From NCBI GenBank assembly GCA_038087875.1, contig CM075997.1, positions 6,078,001 through 6,142,000 on the forward strand: 64,000 nucleotides of DNA. The letters run 5' to 3'. The translations under genes were made by a program, and so were the position numbers. The notes below the pieces were generated by a model. It did not search any database. It saw only the letters and a program-made list of their open reading frames with translations, and had not been told where the DNA came from. Source of the DNA: Malacoraja senta (lineage: Eukaryota). Shown here in pieces: positions 1 through 11,705 of the stretch (its first letter is position 1; the number at the start of each line of letters is the position of its first letter).

Positions 1-668
1 TGTTTCTTGTATAAAACTTCATGGATTTTGGAGTGATATTTTCAAAATATTTACAAAACTATTTAAAACAAAAATGGAACCCAATAATGAATTGATTATA
101 TTTGGGGTAATGGAAGACGGGAACAAATTGAGCTCATCTCAAAAGTCAATTTTTAATTATGGTTTAATAATAGCAAAAAAATTAATATTGAAATTTTGGA
201 AAAATACACCAATACCAACGCTCAAAATGTGGATTGCAAGTATGTTGGATACCGCACATCTTGAGGAAATGCGATTCCTCCTAATAGATAAATTTGACCA
301 ATTCATAACGAGTTGGTCTCCATTTGTCGTCTTTTTGGAAACGTATGGTGCAAAACAGGTGTAAAAGCTAATCCGTGACTGCGGATGGTCAAGATTATAA
401 ATGATCTCCTTCTATTTTCTTTTCTTCTCTTCTTTTCTTTTACTCTCTTTCTTCTATTTTCTATGTCTCAACTTTCTTTTTTCATTCTTTATTTTTCTTT
501 TTCACACACTATATATCTCACATTTTTCTATTTTTCATTATCTAACTTTTTCCTTTTTCTTCTTTATTTCAAAAAAAATTTAAAAATAAGAAGCTGTACA
601 TAAAAGGTATGAAAATATGATTGTATACAATTGTACTTACTTCTAATAAAAACATTTTAAAAAAAAAC
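1..668 (+). mobile_element. 3' end of an L1/Tx1-clade LINE (ORF2 C-terminus, T-rich 3'UTR, AATAAA and A-tail)
   Basis: ORF 74..364 (AKKLILKFWK..PTLKMW..WSPF) is typical of fish-type L1 ORF2 C-termini; poly(A) at about 659-667. Confidence 0.8.
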
Positions 669-682
669 AACAATATAAATAG

Positions 683-2230
683 AGGAGGTGGAGAGGCTGT
701 TCAGAAGACAGAAAAGCCAGATATCTCCAGGACTGGACAATGTTTCCCCCTCTATCTCAAGCTCTGTGCCGAACAACTGGCACTGGTCTACACAGACATT
801 TTCAACCAGTCCCTGCAAACCTGTACTGTCCCTGCCTGCTTCAAAGTCTCCACTGTTGTCCCTGTACCCAAAAAGGCAAGGATTACTGGTCTTAATGACT
901 ACAGGCCTGTCGCACTGACCTCTGTAGTCATGAAGACCCTTGAAAGGCTTGTGCTGGCCAAGCTGAAAAATATCACAAACCCCCTGCTGGACACTCTGCA
1001 ATTTGCATATCGGGCCAATAGATCTGTGGATGACGCAGTCAACCTGGGCCTGCACTTCATCCTCCAGCACCTAGACTGCCAGGGGACCTATGCGAGGATT
1101 TTGTTTGTTGATTTTAGCTTTGCATTCAACACCATTGTCAAAGAGCTACTATGCTCTAAAATTTCCAAGTTGACTGTGCCTGAACCCCTCTGACGGTGGA
1201 TCACCAGCTTCCTGACAGACAGGAAGCAGCATGTGAGGCTGGGAAAGCATATCTCAAACCCGCAGACCCTCAGTAAAGGAGCACTGCAAGGCTGCATACT
1301 CTACTCTCTCTACACCAATGACTGCACCTCCACTGACTTCTCTGTCAAGCTTCTCAAGTTTGTGGACGACACAACCCTGATTGGACTGATCAAGGATAGG
1401 GAGGAATCTGCCTACAGACAGGAAGTGACACAGCTGGTGTCCTGGTGCCATCGCAACAACCTGGAGCTCAATGCTCTTAAGACAGTGGAATTGATTGTAG
1501 ACTTTAGGAGAGCTCCCCCTCCTCTCACCCCACTCACCATCAACAACACCACAGTCACATCTGTGGAGTCTTTTAAGTTCCTGGGAACCATCATCTCCAA
1601 GGACCTTAAATGGGGGGCCACCATCGACTCCACAGTCAAAAAGGCACAACAGAGGATGTACTTCCTGCGGCAGCTGAGGAAACACAATCTGCCACAGGCA
1701 ATGATGGTCCAATTCTATACGGCCACCGTAGAGTCAGTCCTCACCTTCTCCATCATGGTCTGGTTTGGCTCAGCCACCAAGCACGACATCCGGAGGCTGC
1801 AGCAAATCGTCCAATGAACTGAGAAGGTTATTGGCTGTAACCTTCCTGCCATTGACGAACTGTACATTGCAAGGGCCAGGAAGTGAGCAGGTAAGATCAT
1901 CTCTGACCCCCCTCACCCTGGCCACAAACTCTTTGAATCATTTCCTTCTGGAAGGTGACTCTGGACTGTCAAAGCTGCCACAGCCAGACATAAAAGCAGA
2001 TTTTATTCCATGAGTAATAGCTCTACTTAATAACCAAAAACCAGTAGCCTCCTTTTGCTCTGGTATTTCATTTAATTCACATGTTTAATCAATAATGTTT
2101 TATTATTAATGTTTTATGTGTCATTCCTAACTGTCACTGTATGTCATGTTGTCCCTTGCGGGCGGAGCACCAAGGCAAATTCCTTGTATGTGAATACTTG
2201 GCCAATAAACTTATTCATTCATTCATTCAT
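683..2230 (+). mobile_element. 5'-truncated Rex1/Babar-type LINE, RT region disrupted by stops, (ATTC)n tail
   Basis: ORFs 621..1193 ([16 protein letters not shown]) and 1233..1817 (KFVDD, KKAQQRMYFLRQL); AATAAA followed by (attc)n at about 2204-2230. Confidence 0.85.
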
Positions 2231-2645
2231 TTATGAATTTGTGCCTCAAAGGAAATCGAGGGAGAAAGAAAAAGGCAAGGCTATCAGAACTTGGGAATGG
2301 GAATGACGAGATTGAATGGGCCTTGTTGTCTTAACTCTCACTGTAATAATTCTTTAATTTTGTTCTTTAAAATAAGTCTTAAAACATTTACCCTGCTCAA
2401 AACTATTTTGCACAGCCTATTGTATGTGAAATAACAAAGCAAGCAGAAACTGTTATATTGGAACTAAATGTATGGTGTCTGAGGTATGGTATATGTATGG
2501 TATCTGAAGACTGAGGGTCTCGAATCAGATTTTGCACATGTTCATCCTCTGTCTGGAAAATGCATTAACATGTTGATTTATTGTTTAGTCTGACGAATTT
2601 TCAAACTGAAACTTCAACCTCAAATACATTTATTGTTTTCCTCAG

Positions 2646-2767
2646 ATTTTGCTCCCATTGATTAATCAATACTTCAAGAACCATTGCTTATACTTCCTTT
2701 CAACTCCAGCTGTACTCCTGGGCAGTGGAGGACATGCCTCAAACAAAGAAAAGGAAATGATAGCCAG
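2646..2767 (+). CDS. RYR1: Ryanodine receptor internal exon (about human RYR1 exon 60), [40 protein letters not shown](S)
   Basis: ttcctcag|ATTTTG acceptor and GCCAG|gtattt donor; 122 nt; the peptide matches the Ry[12 protein letters not shown] motif with RYR1-type residues (YFLSTPA..LGSGG). Confidence 0.95.
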
Positions 2768-3726
2768 GTATTTGTCATCGGCAATAATTCAAATTATACC
2801 TATTATTATAATTTATAAAAGTAAAGACTGCAAAAGTTTGAGACAGTAATGTTCATGTTTTCTTTCTGAATTTGTTATTCTTTTCACACTGTTTTTCATT
2901 ATTATGTTTACTCAACCAACACTGACTACTTCATGATAAAGTTGCATAGCTTTCCAACTAGGATAGTAACATTTGCAAGAGGGGTCAGCATTGTGCAACC
3001 TTTGCTTTCATCGTTTTGTTCATTTGAGGTATTAGATGCCTGAAAACTATAAATGTTTCCAGATATTTGCCATATAGGCTCTAGTGAGCGACACTGATAT
3101 ATGATCAATGGGAAAGAAAACAAGTGCTTTCACTTCCTCACCTATATATTAATGAAGTACCCAAGGCCTGATGGGATCTATCCAAAATTATGAGGGAGGC
3201 AAGAGAGGAGATTGGGGGGTCGTTGCCAAGGATTTCTTCTCAAGCCACAGGCGAGGTCTCGGAGGGCCAATGTTGTTGTGAAGGGAAGTAGAGAGAATCT
3301 CCAGAAATCCACCAATTTTGGTGACATCTGCTGGTGAACCTCACGACAGTGGTAGTGAAACTATTGCAGAGAATTTTCCGAGATAAAATTTACTCCCATT
3401 TGGAAGAGAATGGGCTAATTAGGGATAACTAGCACCGCTTTGTACGTGGCAGGTCATATCTTACTCACAATTGAGTGTTTTGAGGAGGTGACCAAAAGAG
3501 ATTATTGAAGGTAGGGCGATGAATGGATTATTCACGGATTTTAGTAAGGCTCTTGATAAGGTTATCATGGTAAGCTGATCCAAAAGATTAAGACGTATAG
3601 GATTCATGATGACTTGATTGTATGGATTCAGTACTGGCGTATTCATCAAAAACAGAGGGTTGTCGTGGAAGGTAGATATTCTGGCTGGAGCTCTGTGACC
3701 AGTGGATCTGTGCTGGGACCTCTGCT

Positions 3727-5278
3727 TCTTCTTCTTGCGTTTGAGGCAAGAAGAAGGTTTGAGGTTATGTAACGCCCTCTAGACCCTGTAGCCAGTTCAA
3801 TGTGCTGTTGTCGAGGGCTGTGAGGTCTACCCATCCACCAGGGGGGCGGAGGACAGCGGAGTCGATAATGACGTGCTGCGCTGTTTGCTGGTCTGCTCCA
3901 CACACGCAGGCTGCTGATGAACGCAGCCCCAGCGATGCATGTTGGCAGTGAACTGGCTGACACCTGTACGGAGCCAGTTCAGCGCGACCCACTCTTTGCG
4001 GGGCAGGTCCGAGCCGGGTGGGGCTGTGGTGTTCGGTGCAACAGTGAATTGCGGAGGTCGTCAAGTCTGTTCCCAGCTGGTTCTCCATGCTCCTAGTGTG
4101 TTGAAACCGGAGCCACAGAGGGTCGCTGCGTGACGGGTGAAGGGGCGACGAGATGACAGGCGTTGAGGTCCAATTTGCTGTGAGTCCTGGGCGAGGTGGT
4201 GCAAAGGATGTTTGGCGTCCGATGGGGCCTTGCACACCAGCCTGTGAGTGAAGGTAGACAAAAGTACTGCAGAAACTCAGCGGGTGCAGCAGCATCTGGA
4301 GCGAAGGAAATAGGCAGGGTTTCAGCCCAAAACGTTGCCCATTTCCTTCGCTCCATAGATGCTGCTGCACCTGCTGAGTTTCTCCAGTACTACCTTCGAT
4401 TTTCCAGCATATGCAGTTCCTTCTTAAAAGCCTGCGAGTGAAGTACTCTCTGTGAAGCTTGGCAGATACCTGCGAGCATCGGCAGAAGATCTGTCGGAGT
4501 AGGGCGTAGGCAGCCGGTGATGATCCGCATGGTGTCGTTGAGGATGGCATCTAGCTTGCTAGTATGAGCGCTGCAGCACCATGCCCGGGCGGCGTACTCA
4601 GCTGCGCTGTACACGAGTGCAAGAGCACTGGTTCGGAGAGTAGATGTCCTGGCGCCCCGTGACGATCCAGCCAAGCAATGCAGGAGGTTGTTCCGTGCCA
4701 AGACTTTAGCACGGAGAGCTTCAAGGAGTTGCTTGTAGGTCAGCTGCCGATCTAGTTTCAACCCGAGGTATGTAGGAATTGGTTTATAGGGTAGGGGTGA
4801 CCCATTGAGGGTGACGGTTAGCTGGCGTTGAGCTTCCTTGTTGTTCAGGTGAAAGGCCGCTGTAGTGGTTTTTGCCACACTCAGTTTTAGTCTCCAGGTT
4901 TTAAGGTAGCCCGCGACAAGTTCCATATCCCCCGAGACCACATCCTCCACGTTCGACCAACTCCTGTCCGAATGCAGAAGGGCCATGTCATCTCCGTATC
5001 AATACTGGCGCGAAGTCGTGCGTGGCAGATCACTGATATAAAGATTGAAGAGCATGGGGGCCAGTACCGAGCCTTGGGGGACCCCGTTTCTTAGGCGTCG
5101 CAGTCGGCTAGATTGTCCGTCGCTGGTCTTGAGTACAAAACTGCGGTTGGCAAGGATGTTGCAAGGAACCGCACTAAATGGCGGTCAGCAATGGTGCGGA
5201 GGAGCTTCGGGATCAGGCCCTGGCGCCACACTGTATCATAGGTGGCGGTGAGGTCCACCAGTGTGATGCCCACCTTGT
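3727..5278 (-). mobile_element. 5'-truncated Ingi/Vingi-like LINE (RT plus C-terminal Cys/His finger), (AAG)n tail, 10-bp TSD
   Basis: [10 protein letters not shown] and YGDD motifs; ORF 4390..4986 (LAGSSRGARTSTLRTSALALVYSAAEY); CVCG..H finger in ORF 3765..4550; TSD GACCTCTGCT at 3717-3726 and 5279-5288. Confidence 0.75.
4254..4428. mobile_element. Palindromic Penelope-derived short repeat inserted in the Vingi-like LINE
   Basis: Inverted arms gaaactcagcgggtgcagcagcatc and gatgctgctgcacctgctgagtttc; 15-bp TSD AGCCTG(T/C)GAGTGAAG at 4239-4253 and 4429-4443. Confidence 0.7.
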
Positions 5279-5972
5279 GACCTCTGCTGATTGAGAGATA
5301 TATATATGTAAGTGACCTGGATATAAATGTAGATAGGTTGGTGAATAAGTTGCTGACGACACCAAAATTGGAGAAGTTGCAAACAGTGAGGAAGGCTGTC
5401 AGAAGATACAGGAGGATATAGATTAGCTGCAGAAATGGACCAATAAATGGCTGATGGAATCTAACCCAAGCAAGTGTGAGATGTTGCACTTTGTGAGGTT
5501 GAATGTAGGGACCATTAACAGCATTGATGTGCAGAGGGATCTCGAGTCCAAGTTCATAACTCACTGAAGGTGACAGCTCAAGTAGACAGGGTAGTAATGA
5601 AGGCATATAACATGCATGCCTGCATTGCTAGGGCCAATGAGTATAAGAGTCAGGAAGACATGAGCAACTCCATAGGGCTTTGCTTAGGCCGTATTTGGAG
5701 TATTGCGAGCAGTTCTGGTCATCCCATTGCAGGAAAGAAGGAAGTTTGCCAGATTGCTCTATGGATTAGAGGCTTTTGGCTTAAGGGAGAGGTTGAATAG
5801 ACTTGGGTTGGGTTGTTTTTTTTGGAATTCCAGAGGTTGAGGGGAGACTTGATGGAAGTATATAAAATTATGAGATGCACAGATACCATAGACAGTCAGA
5901 ACCTTTTTCGCCAGAGTAGAAATGTCTAGGACTAAAGAGCATAGCTATAATGTGAGAGGAGGGAAGTTTAAT

Positions 5973-8900
5973 GGTAAGATTAAACGAGAACTTACCAGTT
6001 TGAAGTTTGATCTTTATTTTATGAGGAGTTACGTTGGTGATTACGTGAAGAACCCCGCCAGTGCGCCTGCGCGTCAATCTTCGAAGCAGCGGTGTGAAAT
6101 CACAAAAAACAACAAACGAAGTAATATAGTAACATAATAAAATGAGTAATTCAAGAACTTCCATCTGACCTTTATGATAGAGGGTTGGGTCGTGGTGGGC
6201 ACGTATCACCAACGTAACTCCTCATAAAATAAAGATCAAACTTCAAACTGGTATGTTCTCGTTTAATCTTACTATTTTACTTCGGAGTCACGCGAGTGAC
6301 TACGTGAAGATTTTAAAGCTTTGTGATTTCATGCTGCAGACAAATCCCGGCTTCTCACTGCATTGATTGACTCGGAACGAGAAATAATCAATAATGCATG
6401 AATAATAACATTTGCCTGACAAATGCAGTAATTCATTTATTTGAATAAAAGAATTAACGGTATCCCCTTTAACCCAGGGAAATTTAAGCAGAACTTAATA
6501 TAGTATCTGCAAACAGCCCCGTATTGGCAATAGGCCGATGGTAAAAGTGTTGAAACACCAACTTATTAGATCACCCGGCGGCTGTGAAAATATGGTCGAC
6601 GGGACGTCCTTTGCCCTGGTCGTCAATGTTGCTGCTAAACTGAATGGAATGTAAAACCATCAATGTTCACACCTGCAGCAACCAAAACTTGTTTTTAACC
6701 ATCTTAAAATAGTCTGAACTGACACTATCTTGTATGTTTTTTTGTGAATGATAAACAATCTTGTTTTCATATTTCATAAGACCTTTGTAGCCACAATGTA
6801 TTGCAACAAATATGTCTTAACATAGACATGGATCCATAGAATATGCTAATAAAACACTCTTGAATCCTATCACACCTGATCCTACTTCATTTGAGTAGGT
6901 CATAAAATGTAAAACATAACATAATCCTGAGGTACTTCCATCCTGTGTATCTGTAACTTTTGTAATGTTACAAGTGCCATAAGCATGACTACCTTCATGC
7001 TGAACTTGGGCAAATCAGAATCGTACCAAGACTCCATTGATGAAGTAGCTTAAAACAACTCTATATTCCAGATTCCCTCCTAGGTTTAGAAGGTCTGGAA
7101 TTAAAATTCCTTTCTTTAATCTGGAAATAAAAGAACGAAACTCAACAGGATGTCTTTCCAACCTCATCAATAAAAACAAGGAATAATATACTTCTGTCTG
7201 AATAAATCGCACTAACTCAACCCCTTAAATAGAGGTAAATCCAAGACATTTGAGACATGTGCCATAAACATTCCATATTCTTTTATACACAGAAAATGTT
7301 CCCCCTCATTCTTTACATAATGGGAAAGCAGCATTTACAGAGTCACAACTCAGATTCACAAATGTACTGCTTTTGAGTATTCCGCCAGACTGCTGTAAGC
7401 ATGTCCACAGCATGCCCAGACAATCCTCTTTTTTAAAACCTGCATCCATACAGGCATATGACGGATGTTACTCTCCAATTATCGAATACACCAGTAACTT
7501 CCTTCTTTTGGGAACATTTATCAGAAACTGTGTCATAAATTCCAATATCAAAGGGAATCATGGCTGCATAGACCCGTCTGGTAACACGAATACCCCAGAG
7601 GCAGCATACTGCTTCATTTTAAGCAGACACCAATTTATGAGACAGGATGAAGTAAAATGCCTATAACAACATACCATCCTAATATAGCGAGAAACATCCA
7701 TCGCTACTGTCTCCCGATGTAGTCCCATAACACATATCTCTGTAACTGGTGATTGAGTCTGGATGGAAACAAGTCATATCTGGCTTCCCAAATCTGACTA
7801 TTATATCATTAAACAATCTTAAGGTTAAACATCCATTCTTTGTTATCATGGAAATTCCACCCATACAATTAATACATGCCATTGCTGTAGTGTTGTTAAT
7901 TTGAAACTGAACATGCAGATTAGTTGTATTAAACAACAAGCTTGTAGCTCATGCCTTCCAATAGACTTTAAAACGTCGATTCTCCATGTCTGTAAAATAA
8001 TACTTCTTCCATATTCCATCTGTCCACAGATGGATGCCTTTTCAGTGGCACCAATCCTAGTACACTGATATCAGTCTGTTAAGACCATGGAAGGCTGTTC
8101 AATCCGTATCTTGCTTGAACTACTGAAGACATGTTAAATCCACTACTGCAATCAGAAGCAGCATTTGTTGTTTAATTGCATGGCCTACCAAAAAATGGCC
8201 ATCATGCATCTTAGTGTTTTTTCTTTTTGCAGTCTGCAGCTGCTGGTAGTACAATGGCCCATATTGTATTGCTGGAAATAACACTAATTCTCCGAACAAG
8301 CTGGCCACCTGTCTTAATTGAAGATTGTTGCTTTTCCAACTGCTTAATACAACACTTTACCCTGGGTAAATTACTACCCTTTCAATTGAATCAAATAATC
8401 AATTGTTGTAAGTATCGTTAAACTTAATTTCTCTCTGGATGAATTAAACCCAACTTTCAAAAGTGGTTTGAATAATTTGAGAGAGATAACTCACTAATTC
8501 TCTTGTTCGTCCTAATTAGGACATCATCCAGTTAAGCCATCCACATCTGTCCTTGGACTCTAATTAGCCCCAAAATTGGTTTTACCAATTTAGTGAAATT
8601 CTAGGAACTGAAGTTAACCCATTAGACAGAACTTTGAATTGCCATAATTGTTCCTTCAGATAATGTTATCTTATAAATGAACAAACACTAAGTAATATAC
8701 ATCTTTCAGATCTATAAGTGCCATAAAACATCTTTTTTGAAATAAATTGTTTGGCAGTCTCAAAGTCTCCATTTTGAAGTGTCTATACTTCACAAAATTT
8801 TAAAGACTTGTCAGATCTAAAATACTCCTCACCTTTTTAGGTTGAGAAATTTTAAACACAATTTGGTGGTTTTGATAAACCGACCTTTCAATTACTTGTT

Positions 8901-10719
8901 TCTAAACAAGTTTTCAATTCAGCTTGAACCTCCATCAATTATTTTTATGTGAAATTGGAGTGTTCTGCTTGGAACATGCTGGATGGCAAACCAGTATTTG
9001 AATCGAATCAATTCGAAACCTTTCTATAATACTCAGAATAATAATTGAAATAATTTGCTTCCAATATTTGGCTGTTTTTGCCTTAATATGTTCCCATAAG
9101 AACCAGGTCCACCTACCTCCTTTGTCATCCGAGTGACCTGTGGTCTCTGGCTCCTGGCAGGCAAAACCCACGGTTTTTCATTTTCCTGCTGCAGGACATC
9201 AACTGCACACCTGCTTCAATGGTCGATTTGATCCTGATGTCGGTCCAGGATTTTGTATGATGTCTGAAAGGATACGTCCTCTTTGCAGACTTGACGACCA
9301 TTGATGTTGTGATCAACTGCTGTTTTTGCCTCATTATCCAACTCTTTCCCACGATTCATGAGGTTTTTTCTCTGAAGAATAAGTTGAATGACTGCACATT
9401 GCTGGGCTTTACAGAGTTGCTGCAACTTTGGGTTGATGGTGGACCGAATGGCATACTTCCTGAAACAATTCATCTTGAAGTGGGTGCTACATAGCAACCT
9501 TAGTGCCACTTGATGCATCTCCATCCATGGCCTCCATCCATTGTTTTGCAAATTGCAGTTGTTCATCAACCCAGCAGCTTCAATATTCTCTGCAGTTTAC
9601 TTTCCTTAGGCTTACATGCCTTCGCCCATCTGACCCCTTATATCTTGGTTCACTGCTAGTACTTTCAGCAATATGCAGTTCCTTGGGATCTTGTGCTTTT
9701 TTGGCATTTTCATCCATCGTAAGCTACTAGAGCTGAAGGCAGACACAATAGTTGATCACAGAGGCCACTTCCTTTCCAAGTGGCTTTCCTGACTCTGACG
9801 AGGCAGCGAATTGTACTGCCAGGAGTAAAACATCTGGCAGCTGCCGTCTTCGCTTGTATCGGACTCACCGTCAGACTCAGGGTCAGAACTCTCACAGAGC
9901 AGCAAATCGTACTGCCAGGAATAGCCCATCTGGCAGCTGCCGTCTTCGCTCGTTTTGGAAACTCTGCTGACCCTGTGCACGCGCCTCATCAATGAGGGTG
10001 CTATCAAGCAGCCCTTTACTAGGTGCTGCTGACCTGGCTTCTGGAGCCTGGTTCTGACATCACTCCTCCTGGAGTATGTTTTGTTGGAGCAACCTGTGTA
10101 CAGGTTCTCCATTTGGAATATCCACTCAGAAAGTGGTATCCAGCCTTGGAGGTGAATCCCAAACTGACTCTTGCTCCATGGCCCTGACTTGTATGTTGCC
10201 TAGCACCCAACTGACGCTAGCTCCGTTCTTTTCTTTAATACACAAGTCCACAGTTAGCCCCGCTCCCAGCCGGTGACTGTTGTAGGGTATGAGGCAGTCC
10301 TTTACCGACCGCATTCCCGCAGCTTTTTATCGGCTTTGCCTTGCCCCACTGGTGCTGACTAAATTCACTTCAGCCCCAATATCCACAGTCGCTATTCTGT
10401 CTGCTGGCGACTGTACCGTGGTCAGAGGCGGCTGGTCGCCAACCGCAATCTCGCGACTCTCTATCGGCTGTGCCGCTCGCCTCCTCCCCTTGCCCGTTTT
10501 TTCCATGATGCCTGTGGAAAAAATCCCCACAGACCCACACTAAACGGACACGGAAATACTTCCAAAAAAGTTTATACTTATCTTGTAGTTGAAAACTACA
10601 ATTCCATTAGAGGAGCTCTGCTCCTCGCGTCCGTTTGCGCCAATGCTTCTGACGTAATGACGCGCAGGCGCACTGGCGGGGTTCTTCACGTAGTCACTCA
10701 CGTGATTCCGAAGTAAAAT
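5973..10719 (-). mobile_element. DIRS1-like tyrosine-recombinase retrotransposon, complete outline, coding regions decayed
   Basis: 35-bp perfect inverted repeat at 6042-6076 and 10658-10692; ICR at 6201-6310 complementary to both termini; minus-strand YR C-terminal remnant (FHS..AA..DHIFTAAG*S...FQHFYHRP, about 6530-6700); RT and methyltransferase remnants; no TSD. Confidence 0.88.
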
Positions 10720-11563
10720 GGAGATGTGCTGAGCAAGGTTTTTTACACAGAGTAGCAGGGACCTGGAACGCATTGCCAGGGGTGGTGGTGAAGGCAAGTA
10801 ATGGTGTTTAAGAGGCTTTTAGATCGACACATGGAAGTGCAGGGAATAGTGGGATTATGGATCAGGTACAGGTCGATGAGATCAGTTAAATTAAGCATCC
10901 TGTTCACCACAAACATGTTCCAGTGCAGGACTGTTCTATGTAACTTTAAAGCTGCCCATGTAACAATGTGGTTATTTAGCCAAATTTGATATCAGTTTCA
11001 AGCTACAAATTTAATACTGCTGCAAACCCACATGCTGCTGCTCTGCTAGAAGTGTCAATGCAGCTTAAAATAGAATGACAGTGTAATAAATTAATATGAT
11101 TAACAATCAGCCAAACAATAAATTGCCACACAAAGGCATATTTTGAATCTGCTATTCTCAATGTTTGCAATATTTTTAAGTAGTTAGTGATATGTTTTAT
11201 ATTGGTCATTTGTTTTACATTGCTCAATAATCTCCTGAGAAGATATTGCATTAGATGTAGGCTAGTCCAGAAGATTAGATCAAATGGATCCAGGATAAGC
11301 TGGCCAATTGGATACAAAATTGGCTTGAATGTAGGAGTAAGTGGTGGTTGAAGGTTGTTTTTCAATCTGGAAGTCTGCAGCATGAGGTTTACCACAGATA
11401 TCAGCTGGGTCCATTGTTGTCCGTTACTTACATTAATGATTTGAACAACACAGTAGATGGCATGGTCAGTAAGTTGGCAGATGTCACCCAAATTGTTGGA
11501 TTTCTGGAGATTGACGAAAGTTACCTAATATAACACGATCTTGATCAATTGGACCAATAGGCT

Positions 11564-11705
11564 TCTTCTTCTTCTTGCGTATGGCGTGCACAGCCTAAAG
11601 TTGTAGGACAACTTGTTCTATTTGATCTTATTTGATTGTGCACGTCAGGTTGATTGCATTCGTCGAAACAGGGCGGACCACGTGAAGGTTGCAATCTCCC
11701 ACCCC
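11564..11705 (-). mobile_element. 142-bp non-autonomous retroposon (Vingi-related) with (AAG)n tail and 12-bp TSD
   Basis: TSD GACCAATAGGCT at 11552-11563 and 11706-11717; 3' end ACGC(AAG)n shared with the LINE at 3727. Confidence 0.85.
11652..11705 (-). ncRNA. Predicted minimal HDV-like self-cleaving ribozyme (54 nt)
   Basis: GGGGUGG GA GAUUGCA ACC UUCACGU GGU CCGCCCU GU UUCG A CGAA UGCAAUC: P1 7 bp with G1.U wobble, P2 7 bp, P3 3 bp, L3 UUCACGU, J4/2 CGAA. Confidence 0.8.

Larger units (their letters stand above)
3150..5972 (+). mobile_element. Degraded CR1 LINE, interrupted by a Vingi-like LINE and then by a DIRS element; resumes at about 10720
   Basis: CR1 RT remnants on both sides of the insertions (DFSKALDKV-like and SVLGPLL-like coding DNA). 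Confidence 0.7.

Noticed and set aside
385..603. Phe-rich hydrophobic ORFs
   Set aside because: They are translations of the T-rich L1 3'UTR.
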